A stretch of 25,562 nt of DNA from a virus (lineage: Duplodnaviria; Caudoviricetes), in IMG/VR virus record IMGVR_UViG_3300048577_000324, positions 1 through 25,562 of that record; one strand, given 5' to 3'. The notes below the pieces were generated by a model. It was not told the DNA's origin. It did not search any database and was given only the letters and a program-made list of their open reading frames with translations. Every line of letters starts with the position of its first letter. Positions within the stretch are counted from its first letter, which is position 1. The position numbers and the translations under genes are program-made. This document shows positions 16,984 to 25,561 of the stretch, piece by piece.

Positions 16984-17805
16984 TTAAGTTATAATTTCAT
17001 CATACTCTATTATGTAACTATCAACTTTATTAGATTTATAAATACTTTTTATCTTCTTATCTTTTAACACATCAAGATGTTTCATTTTTTCCAAGTCAAA
17101 TTTATGGATATCATAAAAGCCCACAGAAATTACAATTCCTATACCATACTTATTGTTTGTAGAGTAGGGTTTCATAAAATAGTCTTGCACTTTATCTGTC
17201 AGACCATAAGTTTTATTTATTGAATCTGCCAAATCCTTTTTAAATAAATCCCAATCCTTGATATCTTCCTCAAACAAAATAACTATCTCCAAAAGCCCTT
17301 TATATGTTTGCTTAGTGCTAGTTTTAATATTCATTACCTCTTTATTTAATAGAATATCGCTATATTCATTTTTACTATAAGTTTCAATAGTTTTCTGTTT
17401 TACTTTTGTTATATATTTTTCAAGGCCTCCCCATTTGATTTTTTCAAGATGATCTACTGAACAGCCATCAATAACTTTTCCATCTTTATAAAGATCAACC
17501 GTATAATTTGGTGTTGTGTAATATGGCGCACTTTCTTCAATAATATAGAATCCTCTTTTGAATTTTTCTAGTGCCAAATTGTCATTTACATACATATAAC
17601 TACCTATATGATCATCTATAATTAATTCCCATTTCCCCTTTGTGAAATCGTTACCTTTTAATAAATAGGTTAAATCTCCATCCTTTATGGAGTTATTATC
17701 TTCAAATATATCAATATAAGCTAAACTGACTAATCCAGCAAAAAAAAGTATTACTGAAAAAGCAATAACTATAAATTTAAATTTCCTCTTCACTTCACAC
17801 CTCAT
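16984..17805 (-). CDS. Moron; membrane-anchored or exported hypothetical protein (~270 aa)
   Basis: Basic N-terminus and one hydrophobic helix (KRKFKFIVIAFSVILFFAGLVSLAY); likely start GTG 17793 behind GAGGTG; AT-rich. Confidence 0.75.
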   Translation of the reverse strand: MRCEVKRKFKFIVIAFSVILFFAGLVSLAYIDIFEDNNSIKDGDLTYLLKGNDFTKGKWELIIDDHIGSYMYVNDNLALEKFKRGFYIIEESAPYYTTPNYTVDLYKDGKVIDGCSVDHLEKIKWGGLEKYITKVKQKTIETYSKNEYSDILLNKEVMNIKTSTKQTYKGLLEIVILFEEDIKDWDLFKKDLADSINKTYGLTDKVQDYFMKPYSTNNKYGIGIVISVGFYDIHKFDLEKMKHLDVLKDKKIKSIYKSNKVDSYIIEYDEIIT

Positions 17806-17871
17806 TATTTCATAATTTTCCTTGCATGCCTTCAGATATTACCTTTCTATAATAGTAGAACTTCAGTTATG

Positions 17872-18399
17872 TTAATTGTCGACACTTTTGTGTTGTAGCC
17901 ATGTTTCCTTTGTAATAACATATGAGCCTGCTAAGTAATCATGCAATGCTCTTTTTTCTTTATTAAATACAATTGCTAAAACATCAATTAAAATAATTAA
18001 GGTTACAACATCGTAAAGCACATCAACAATATTAAATATCATTCCGTTTGTAAGAACAAAATACTTTAATATGTATAAAATTGCATTTATAAAATTAAAG
18101 CTAAATCTAATTATTGCTTTTTGCAATGAAATAAATCTCCCGTTTTCATTAACTATTCTATACCGCATAATCAATTTTCCCGGTGTTGCTCCAAATCTGA
18201 AATTAAAGAAAATATCAAAAGCAAAAGTCACGAAATAGTATAAAAGTATCGGTAACACCATTTTTTTACTAACAAAATATTTATAATGCTGCATATAAAG
18301 TATTAGCAAAGGTGAAATAATGATTGTATCTAAAAGCATTGCACAAACTCTTTTCCAAAAGCCTACGTATTGAATGTTTTCTGGCTCGATTTTATCCAT
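17872..18399 (-). CDS. Moron; RDD family membrane protein
   Basis: YVGFWKRVCAMLLD, GATPGK...RIV, KRALHDYLAGSYV are the RDD signature motifs. Confidence 0.9.
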   Translation of the reverse strand: MDKIEPENIQYVGFWKRVCAMLLDTIIISPLLILYMQHYKYFVSKKMVLPILLYYFVTFAFDIFFNFRFGATPGKLIMRYRIVNENGRFISLQKAIIRFSFNFINAILYILKYFVLTNGMIFNIVDVLYDVVTLIILIDVLAIVFNKEKRALHDYLAGSYVITKETWLQHKSVDN

Positions 18400-18434
18400 T
18401 TAATCCCCCATAGATTAGCAAATATATATGTAAC

Positions 18435-18463
18435 ATCATACCAATTATAAAGCCATTGTTCAA
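18435..18463 (-). promoter_or_regulatory. Moron promoter (extended -10)
   Basis: TTGAAC, 17 nt ending TGG, TATGAT, directly after the major tail stop. Confidence 0.6.
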
Positions 18464-18474
18464 TATAAGCTAAA

Positions 18475-19047
18475 TTACGGCTTCACCCCCGGCTCCTCAG
18501 GCACAGCATCAAACCACGCACCTATGATAGTTGCATCCACTCCATCTGCATCCTCATCAGCAATGAACCTGTAATTTCCGTCAAAATCCCTCGGATAAAA
18601 GCTGCCCTTAAGCTTGGCGCTCTGTGCTTTTGGCTTTTCTGCTTCTGTGTCATATTCATCGGTGGCAAGTTCGAACTTTCCTTTTAAAAGCCACACGAAT
18701 CTGTACTTTCCATTGTTTTTTTTGGATTTGAAGCCAAGTGCTATGGTTGGTGGAATATCGTCCTTATTCTCAATCAGCACACCCTTTACGACCTTTGCCC
18801 CTTGCAGTTTTGCCCTGCTGGTTAGTGACAGCTGGTTTAGCTCTATTTCCACATCCACACCTTCAAATGTTGTTATTATATCTTCTACGATGTCATCTGA
18901 GTAGATGTTTTCGGAATTCGCCTTCGGCGATAGTTTTGCTGCTATTGCCCTTTCAAGTTTGACCGGAGTATCATATGCCGCCCCGGCTGATGTATCGTTT
19001 TTTAGTACTGCTATGTGAATGTCTTTTAGACCTATTTGTCTTGCCAT
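18475..19047 (-). CDS. Major tail protein (phi13-like family)
   Basis: IGLKDIHIA, YSDD, ALGFKSKK.NGKYRFVWLLKGKF motifs. Confidence 0.92.
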   Translation of the reverse strand: MARQIGLKDIHIAVLKNDTSAGAAYDTPVKLERAIAAKLSPKANSENIYSDDIVEDIITTFEGVDVEIELNQLSLTSRAKLQGAKVVKGVLIENKDDIPPTIALGFKSKKNNGKYRFVWLLKGKFELATDEYDTEAEKPKAQSAKLKGSFYPRDFDGNYRFIADEDADGVDATIIGAWFDAVPEEPGVKP

Positions 19048-19048
19048 A

Positions 19049-19384
19049 TCATTGCGCCCGCCTTTCTTCCAGATAATAAAATCTTATTGCTTTGTGATAT
19101 ATTTTTGTATCCTCCTCATAGAGGTCGATTTCGTTTAACCGCTTGAAGCCTGCTGACAGTACTGCGCTTCTTATCTTTTCAACCAATTCTATATAATCGC
19201 TTTTTGACCATAAATCAATCTGAACATAATGCCCAGTCAGCGTCTCTTCGTCCTCCTCATATCCTTCTCCCAATGTCATATATTCGTGAAAAGTTATATA
19301 AGTTTCCGCTTTCCCACTGTATTTATGGAAGGAGAGTGGAATATTCAAAGGCTTTAGTGCATTCATTATTAGTTTGTTTATCAC
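19049..19384 (-). CDS. Tail terminator / completion protein
   Basis: YITFHEY, VQIDLWSK, DLYEEDTKIYHKAIRF; position before the major tail gene. Confidence 0.8.
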   Translation of the reverse strand: MINKLIMNALKPLNIPLSFHKYSGKAETYITFHEYMTLGEGYEEDEETLTGHYVQIDLWSKSDYIELVEKIRSAVLSAGFKRLNEIDLYEEDTKIYHKAIRFYYLEERRAQ

Positions 19385-19773
19385 TCTTCAAGCCCCCTTT
19401 TTAACTCCTCGGATATTATTTCATTGATTTTTCTTTTATTTTCAAGGACAGAATTCTCCGCCCAGTGTTGTGCAGGTATTTTTGAGGTTCCAAACTCCGT
19501 AAACTTTGAATAAAAGAATTCCGAGTTATCGCCTTTATTGGGGCCTATTTTTATGTAATCAACCCCGTTTTCCTGCTCGACTTCCGACACTTTGATGTTA
19601 TCTGCCATATGCCTTTTGGAAAGCTTAGACCTTGGTGTTTTTTTCTCCATACTGCTTTTTACAATTACTCCTGCCTTACTGAGTGCTTTCTTTTTTATCG
19701 TATTTCCTCTTGCACCCATTTTATTAACTCTGTCAATCAGCCCTTCCATGCCCTGAAGCTCAAGCCCCCCCAT
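19381..19773 (-). CDS. HK97 gp10-like tail morphogenesis protein
   Basis: FYSKFTEFGTSKIPAQHW motif. Confidence 0.88.
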   Translation of the reverse strand: MGGLELQGMEGLIDRVNKMGARGNTIKKKALSKAGVIVKSSMEKKTPRSKLSKRHMADNIKVSEVEQENGVDYIKIGPNKGDNSEFFYSKFTEFGTSKIPAQHWAENSVLENKRKINEIISEELKRGLEE

Positions 19774-20101
19774 TATCTTCCGCCTCCAGCGCCTTTATTT
19801 CCATGTGCCTGTTTTCATATTTCATGTTATCTATCGAAGTAATGTTGTACTGCCTGCCACCGAACGATATCATCATTTTTTCATCTATATCCTTAATCGC
19901 CCTTATCCTGAACTTTACTGTCTTTTCTTTCTGAATTGCAGCTGCCGCATAGTATTCTCTGCCCGAAAGGTTTGATATTGCTGCCCACACTGTCTTTATT
20001 TTTACAAAGCCCTCTGTCTCAAAACCGTTGTCATTTACAGAAGAAGTTGGCTTTAAAAAGGTTATCCTGTGCTTTAGTTCGCCGATACCCATAAATTTCA
20101 C
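19760..20101 (-). CDS. Head closure protein (SPP1 gp16-like head-tail adaptor)
   Basis: GELKHRITF, TVWAAI...GREY, YNITSID motifs. Confidence 0.88.
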   Translation of the reverse strand: MKFMGIGELKHRITFLKPTSSVNDNGFETEGFVKIKTVWAAISNLSGREYYAAAAIQKEKTVKFRIRAIKDIDEKMMISFGGRQYNITSIDNMKYENRHMEIKALEAEDNGGA

Positions 20102-20373
20102 CAGCTTTCCTTGCGGTATGAAAACAGAAGCCTTGCGACTACATCCATTACTTCTTTCATATTGACAGTTTCACGCATTTCATAGAGACTTGCCACAAGG
20201 TATAGAACCGCCTGTCTTACCGTTTGCGGCACTTGTGCAAATTCCGACAGAGGAAAGCGGAGGACACCCTCACAAAGCTCCTCCGCAGTAGTAATAAAAT
20301 TGGTGACGATCATATTTTCCTCGTCACCGTCTATTTTTAAATATATTTTTGTTTCTTCAAGTGAAACGATCAT
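20098..20373 (-). CDS. Head-tail connector (HK97 gp6 / SPP1 gp15-like)
   Basis: VSLEETKIYLKID.DEE, QAVLYLVASLYEMRE; ATG 20373 is more likely than GTG 20385. Confidence 0.88.
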   Translation of the reverse strand: MIVSLEETKIYLKIDGDEENMIVTNFITTAEELCEGVLRFPLSEFAQVPQTVRQAVLYLVASLYEMRETVNMKEVMDVVARLLFSYRKESW

Positions 20374-20397
20374 ATCTCCCGCCACCTTCCTTTTTGC

Positions 20398-20616
20398 TTA
20401 TTCTTTCATAATTCCTGCCGCCTTCAGCTTTGCCAACAATTTATTAAAATCAGCCTTAATATCTGCAATTGTCGTAGCTGAACTATTTTCCTGTGTTTCC
20501 GAAGGCTTTAGCTCTATTCCGTCAAATGCCAGCTTTCCGTCTGCTGTTATTTCAAGTGTTCCTCCTATTACTGTCCTCTCTCCGCCCTGTTCAACATAAT
20601 TCTTTGTTATGCTCAT
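20398..20616 (-). CDS. Small head fibre / decoration protein
   Basis: NYVEQGGERTVIGG and ATTIADIKADFNKLLAKLKAAG; follows the capsid gene. Confidence 0.7.
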   Translation of the reverse strand: MSITKNYVEQGGERTVIGGTLEITADGKLAFDGIELKPSETQENSSATTIADIKADFNKLLAKLKAAGIMKE

Positions 20617-20623
20617 AGGCGTT

Positions 20624-21817
20624 CTACGCTTTCTGCTGAAGCACTTTCATGGCTTCAGACAGAACCAGCTTTCCATCAACCCTCTGCGTTGCCATAAAGC
20701 CGACTTGCCCATTTGCTGCATAGAGTTCATTTAATCTCTTGAAGGCTCTGCCTTGGCGATCTGCAACCCAGTAGTATGTAAAATCACCAAATGCGATGGT
20801 CTTTGCTCCCGCTGCCAGAGTTGGAACATATGCCGATGTCCTGACTGGTCTATTTAGAATGGTATCCGGCGTTCCTGCTGTAATTGAAGGTTGCCAGATG
20901 TATTGCCCATTGCCATCTTTTAGTTTTCGGATTGCTTTTACAGTAGCATCATTTGTAAGAAATACAGCATTTTTTCTATATGGGGATTTCAGGCTGTAAT
21001 AAAGGTCTATAACCTCATCAATTGTGATTGCTGTTGCACTGGCTGCTGTCACTCCTATTTCTCCACCACCTGCAGAGTTGAATATTCCTGTAGGTTTGCC
21101 CTTGCCGTCCCCTGTGCAGAATGCTTCTTCCTCTTTTGTTCCTATACGCCTTGCAAATTCCTTTGCAACGTAGCTTTCAAGATTAAAGGCACTGTCATTT
21201 AAAAGTTCCTCCGAAATTTTAATCATAGTCGCAAGCTTGTACGCCCCAATTGATACCTGACCGAATACATCATCGGATTCTGGAATACTGCCTTCCTCCT
21301 CCACCCATGATGCATTGCCCTTGGATGCCACAACAGGAATCTTTTTGTCCCCGAATGAAGTGGTTATAATATTTCCAAGCTGCCTGAATATGTTTTCCTC
21401 CTCGAGTGCCTGTATAAGTGTGTTTTCAAATTCATCAGGTACAAGGAACCCTCCTTCTGTATCGGTTCCAACCTGTAATGCATTCTGGACATCAAAGCTA
21501 TTTTTGTTCCTCATCACCTTCCAGAAGGACTTCCTGTATTCATCACTAGCCCTGCCGGTCTTTTCTTCTTCAAGCCCTGTGGGTTTGTTGGTGATAGGTG
21601 TGTTTACAGCCTTTGAAAGCTCTATATCAAGTGCAGCTTGTCTCTCAAGCCTGTCTATTTCCTTTCCGAGGTTCACAACATCGGTTTCCATTTTTTCATA
21701 CTGTGTAGTATCCTCTGCCGACAATAGTCCGTTCTCATTTCTTTTGCTGTCTAGGAATGCTTTTGCACTGTCCCACAGTTTCGCTCTTTTCTCACGTAAT
21801 TCAAGTATTTTATTCAT
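20624..21817 (-). CDS. Major capsid protein, HK97 fold
   Basis: GGFLVPDEFE, ISEELLNDSAFNLESY, GDGKGKPTGI, KLKDGNGQYIWQP, RVDGKL. Confidence 0.96.
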   Translation of the reverse strand: MNKILELREKRAKLWDSAKAFLDSKRNENGLLSAEDTTQYEKMETDVVNLGKEIDRLERQAALDIELSKAVNTPITNKPTGLEEEKTGRASDEYRKSFWKVMRNKNSFDVQNALQVGTDTEGGFLVPDEFENTLIQALEEENIFRQLGNIITTSFGDKKIPVVASKGNASWVEEEGSIPESDDVFGQVSIGAYKLATMIKISEELLNDSAFNLESYVAKEFARRIGTKEEEAFCTGDGKGKPTGIFNSAGGGEIGVTAASATAITIDEVIDLYYSLKSPYRKNAVFLTNDATVKAIRKLKDGNGQYIWQPSITAGTPDTILNRPVRTSAYVPTLAAGAKTIAFGDFTYYWVADRQGRAFKRLNELYAANGQVGFMATQRVDGKLVLSEAMKVLQQKA

Positions 21818-21834
21818 TTTCTGCCCCTCCGTTT

Positions 21835-22542
21835 TTAATATTTTAAAAGTTCAAGCCTTTTTGCCAACTGCTCATGTGGTGTCCCTGTCTCAATAGCGGG
21901 CTGTACCTTATTGGCTTTTGGCAGCTTGTTCAAAAATGAATTTGTAACAGCCAGCCTGCTGAATATAATGCCGTCACTACTAGGCTGTTCCTGCGTATCT
22001 TTCTGAAAAAGCATTCCATCAGCAAAGCCCAGTTCCACCGCCTTTCTGGCATTAAGCCAGCTTTCGGCATCCATCATGTTTGATAGTTTTGTTCTTGAAA
22101 GTCCTGTTTTGAGTTCGTAGGCATTTAATATACTTTCCTTTACTTCCGAAAGCATATCAATGCCGCTTTGAAGGTCTGCCGCTTCACCGAAAATACATGT
22201 GGCAGGATTATGAATCATAAGCATTGATACCGGTGACATTAGAACTTCACCGCCCGCCATGGCTATAACCGAGGCAGCACTTGCCGCAAGTCCATCTATT
22301 TTTACTGTAACCTTGCCTTTGTATTCCATAAGCATGTTGTAAATCTGACTTGCACAAAAAACATCACCCCCTGGGGAGTTGACCCAAATGGTGATGTCAC
22401 CAGTTCCGCTCATTAATTCACTTTTAAACTGCTTTGGCGTCACCTCATCGCCGTACCAGCTTTCTTCTGCTATGGGTCCTTCAAGGTAAAGGGTTCTTGA
22501 GGCATCCTCATTCTTTACCCAGTTCCAAAATTTTGCGTTCAT
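21835..22542 (-). CDS. ClpP-type prohead maturation protease
   Basis: VNSPGGDV, GLAASAAS (catalytic Ser), MIHNP (His), A.ELGFAD. Confidence 0.95.
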   Translation of the reverse strand: MNAKFWNWVKNEDASRTLYLEGPIAEESWYGDEVTPKQFKSELMSGTGDITIWVNSPGGDVFCASQIYNMLMEYKGKVTVKIDGLAASAASVIAMAGGEVLMSPVSMLMIHNPATCIFGEAADLQSGIDMLSEVKESILNAYELKTGLSRTKLSNMMDAESWLNARKAVELGFADGMLFQKDTQEQPSSDGIIFSRLAVTNSFLNKLPKANKVQPAIETGTPHEQLAKRLELLKY

Positions 22543-23772
22543 TTACTTTCCTCCGCTTTCTGTAATATTACTTCCTTTAATGTATGCCCCTATATCTTCA
22601 AGCTTTAGCATGTTTCCATTCATTGCATATACATCACCATTTTCAATAGTATTCATATTCTCCAGCATCCTCACATCGTTCGGGCTTAAAAAGCCGTTTT
22701 GAATTCCAGTCGCATAGCCCTGCATCCTTGAGGCATAATCTCCGCGCAGCAGACCATCCACTACGAAGCTGACAAAGAAATTTTTCCTTTCGCTTTCGCT
22801 GAACAAAGCCTTGTTTATTGACTGTTCTATTCTCACAAGCCATGGCCTTATGGTATGCACAACAAAGCTTATAGACTGATGCTCAATATTAGAAAAAGTA
22901 GCACGGTCAAGGCTTGCCACCAAATGAGGCGGAACTCTGAAAATCCTGCATATTTCCTCAGTCTGAAACTTCCTAGTCTCTAGAAATTGTGCTTGTTCCG
23001 GCGGAATACCGATGCTCTGGAATTTCATGCCCTCTTCAAGCACAGCTATACGGTGGGCATTGGAGCTTCCCTGGTATACCGCGTTCCAGCTTTCCCGCAC
23101 CCTTGCAGGGTCTTTGACAACACCGGGATGCTCCAGAACTCCACCGGGATTAGCCCCGTTTGCAAAAAATTTTGCTCCGTACTCTTCAGTTGCAATTGCC
23201 ATACCAATTGCATTTTTAGACATTGCGATTGGTGAATAGCCCACCAAACCGTCAAATCCCAATCCGGGAATATGCAGCACTTCATAATTTCTAAGGTAAT
23301 ATATCTGTCCGTCCTTGTTGTAGATGTAATAAATTTCACCACTGTCAGTTCGGTCTACTGTCATTTTATTAGGAAGCAACGGGTACATGGCAATCACACG
23401 ACCCCTACCGTCACGTATGATTTGAGAATATGAATTCCCCCATAATAAAAGATGACTCACAAGGGTTTCACGAAACACAAATGAAGTCATCTCAGAGTTT
23501 GGTGCATCATGGAGCAGATAATACAGTGAATGCTCCAATGCCTTTTCTTTTCCGTTTTTTGTATTGCGGTATGTATGCAGTGGCAAGGATGCAATTGTCT
23601 CGGCGAGTATTCTCACGCACGCATAAACTGCGCTGGTCTGCATTGCGGTTCTTTCATTTACGGCTTTTCCGCTTGAACTATTTCCAAAAAGGAAACTGTA
23701 CGAGTTCCCCCAAAAGCTATTGTTGGGGCTGCCTCTAGGCTGGAACAGCCTTGATAGTATTGGTAGTTTCAT
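22543..23772 (-). CDS. Portal protein, HK97 family
   Basis: AVYACVRILAETIASLP, LLLWGN, VLEEGM, ICRIFRVPPH, FSNIEHQ. Confidence 0.96.
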   Translation of the reverse strand: MKLPILSRLFQPRGSPNNSFWGNSYSFLFGNSSSGKAVNERTAMQTSAVYACVRILAETIASLPLHTYRNTKNGKEKALEHSLYYLLHDAPNSEMTSFVFRETLVSHLLLWGNSYSQIIRDGRGRVIAMYPLLPNKMTVDRTDSGEIYYIYNKDGQIYYLRNYEVLHIPGLGFDGLVGYSPIAMSKNAIGMAIATEEYGAKFFANGANPGGVLEHPGVVKDPARVRESWNAVYQGSSNAHRIAVLEEGMKFQSIGIPPEQAQFLETRKFQTEEICRIFRVPPHLVASLDRATFSNIEHQSISFVVHTIRPWLVRIEQSINKALFSESERKNFFVSFVVDGLLRGDYASRMQGYATGIQNGFLSPNDVRMLENMNTIENGDVYAMNGNMLKLEDIGAYIKGSNITESGGK

Positions 23773-23798
23773 TTAATTTCCTCCTGAAAATGGGCATG

Positions 23799-23853
23799 AA
23801 AAAAGCAAGTGCAAATGTTCAACACCAGATTCCAATGTTAAACATTTGCACTT
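23799..23853 (-). terminator. Long hairpin / terminator upstream of the portal gene
   Basis: 13-bp perfect arms AAGTGCAAATGTT/AACATTTGCACTT plus an inner stem, followed by GCTTTTTT. Confidence 0.65.
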
Positions 23854-23920
23854 TAGAATACTAAAAATCCATATGCCATTACTATTTTGGTAAAAATCAT
23901 AAAAAGCAGTTATACTGTAC

Positions 23921-24229
23921 TTACCATGTTAGCCAGCCATATGTCTTAAAATCATGAGGAGTTAAGTTATAATAATGCTCCTCATATAATGTTCTCTTAT
24001 TTTTTCTTCTAAATTTACGATTCGTCATTATTCGAATGCTTTTACATTCTGAATTATAATGATATTTGTATCCTCTGTTTCGATTACGATAATCCTTGTA
24101 CTTTTCTTTTCTCGGGTCTTTAAAATCTTTCTGTGTTTTGTAAAGTTTAAGTGTCGCCTTCTGTTGTAATTCATCTTCCCAAATTGCAACTTCTTCTAAA
24201 AATTCGTGCTCCAAACTGATCCCTGACAC
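23921..24229 (-). CDS. Moron; Lys/Arg/Tyr-rich hypothetical protein, possibly 5'-decayed
   Basis: 102-aa ORF; the GTG start lacks a good RBS, while an RBS-ATG at 24299 is out of frame. Confidence 0.55.
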   Translation of the reverse strand: MSGISLEHEFLEEVAIWEDELQQKATLKLYKTQKDFKDPRKEKYKDYRNRNRGYKYHYNSECKSIRIMTNRKFRRKNKRTLYEEHYYNLTPHDFKTYGWLTW

Positions 24230-24340
24230 AAAACTATATGATTTACCTTTCGGCAGATAGTTTCAGTACCTAAAGATCAAATATATACGGAGGTAACATA
24301 GTATCACCTACACTCTTTTTATAAATTAAATAACATTTAT

Positions 24341-24369
24341 ATTTTATATATTTGAGTTAACGATTTCAA
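24341..24369 (-). promoter_or_regulatory. Putative moron promoter
   Basis: TTGAAA, 17 nt, TAAAAT; the surrounding DNA is very AT-rich, so a chance match is possible. Confidence 0.4.
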
Positions 24370-24481
24370 TGAAATTAATATAAAAGTAATTATTTTGTAA
24401 AAAAATTGTATGATTTATCCTCATTACAACAAATTTCCAATCTATACAAACGAAGCCTTTAGCTTTAAGTATAGTATGTTT

Positions 24482-24543
24482 TATGATAACGCAAAGTTAA
24501 TTTAGCGTTTCCCACAATTGTGGGTCTTTTCTGCGTTATCATA
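24482..24543. repeat. Inverted repeat (12-bp arms) enclosing a 14-bp perfect palindrome
   Basis: TATGATAACGCA (24482-24493) / TGCGTTATCATA (24532-24543); CCCACAATTGTGGG at 24511-24524. Confidence 0.85.
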
Positions 24544-24766
24544 TTTCATAATCTCTTCGGATATCAGCAAATGCTTTTGCAGCAGATTTTGTATTTCCTT
24601 TCATTAAATCTGCAAAATCTTTTCCTAACTCATCATCCATTTGAGATTTGGTTAATCTAAAAACACTCGTAGGCCTTACGTTGAAAGGAATATTTAAATG
24701 CTTAAATACAGATTCAGCCTGCTTCTTAAATTCAGGCTCAACACTTAGATTTTCAGCCTTACCCAC
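24539..24766 (-). CDS. RelB/DinJ-family antitoxin, shortened and without a toxin partner
   Basis: VEPEFKKQAESVFKHLNIPF and ELGKDFADL..G......AFADIRRDY resemble Firmicutes RelB/DinJ proteins; 75 aa. Confidence 0.65.
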   Translation of the reverse strand: MGKAENLSVEPEFKKQAESVFKHLNIPFNVRPTSVFRLTKSQMDDELGKDFADLMKGNTKSAAKAFADIRRDYEI

Positions 24767-24824
24767 AATAAATCACTCCCTACATGTTTATGGTTTTGCC
24801 ATTATATTTATAATTGTAATAGGT

Positions 24825-24882
24825 TTCTGCACAATAAATCTGAATTCTGCATAATTTAGCATTAAAATTGTGCAGAATTCAG
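24825..24882. repeat. 18-bp inverted repeat plus a third copy of TTCTGCAYAAT
   Basis: CTGAATTCTGCATAATTT (24840-24857) / AAATTGTGCAGAATTCAG (24865-24882), one mismatch; TTCTGCACAAT at 24825-24835. Confidence 0.8.
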
Positions 24883-24943
24883 TAGAATAAGAACACCTGA
24901 TTTCCATTCAGTCGTATGCATTTTTAGTATCATAATGCCATTA

Positions 24944-25561
24944 TTAATGCTTAAGTAACATTATTTTTTCTATATTAAGTAACTGGCATCTATTAGGAAA
25001 ACATAGGTTCCAGCGATATCTGATTTTATATCCATACTCTTTAAGATCTATCGTTTTGGAGTTAGCAGCCTTAAATTCTTCCTTACTACATTCAATTTTT
25101 AAATCTTCATCTGGTACTAATACGTAATATTTCTGATCTTCCTCTATGGTTTCAAAGTATGGAAAGTTAATAATCTGAGCATTGGCAACTATTATTTCAT
25201 CTACTCTATTGTCAGGCGGTAATATTCTGAATATGAAAATTAACAATAGCATAACTGGAATTAATAACATAATTTTGATTGAAATCTTGGCTCTCTTTTT
25301 ATAGGTTTTAAAACTTTTTTCATAGTCTAAGCCGTCGCAAACATACCTCAACCCGCTGAAATAAAATAATATCGGAATCAAAATAACAAGTAATAATGGT
25401 AGGAATTTAAGCAATCCGATTTTTTTATCAATGAAAATACTCCCATAAATCATTCCAATAACGATAAACATACTAAGTATTATTGAAATCCATCCATACC
25501 ACCTGATAGGTCTATATGCCTTTTTAATATCGCCTTCTGTAAAATCACTGCATTCCTGGTC
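24944..25561 (-). CDS. Moron; multi-pass membrane hypothetical protein (5' end beyond the window)
   Basis: The frame stays open upstream of 25471 to the edge (DQECSDFTEGDIKKAYRPIRWYGWISIILSMF); three hydrophobic segments then a soluble C-terminus. Confidence 0.75.
   Translation of the reverse strand, partial: DQECSDFTEGDIKKAYRPIRWYGWISIILSMFIVIGMIYGSIFIDKKIGLLKFLPLLLVILIPILFYFSGLRYVCDGLDYEKSFKTYKKRAKISIKIMLLIPVMLLLIFIFRILPPDNRVDEIIVANAQIINFPYFETIEEDQKYYVLVPDEDLKIECSKEEFKAANSKTIDLKEYGYKIRYRWNLCFPNRCQLLNIEKIMLLKH

Noticed and set aside
23816-23843. attC-like GTTTAAC...GTTGAAC core in the pre-portal hairpin
   Set aside because: Only 27 bp, far shorter than an attC site, and explained by the inverted repeat itself.
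83-24854. All plus-strand ORFs in the track (e.g. 12879..13382, 21315..21896) and nested minus ORFs 22643..22843 and 23046..23342
   Set aside because: They are antisense or out-of-frame shadows of well-supported genes, or short AT-rich intergenic ORFs, with no recognisable motifs.
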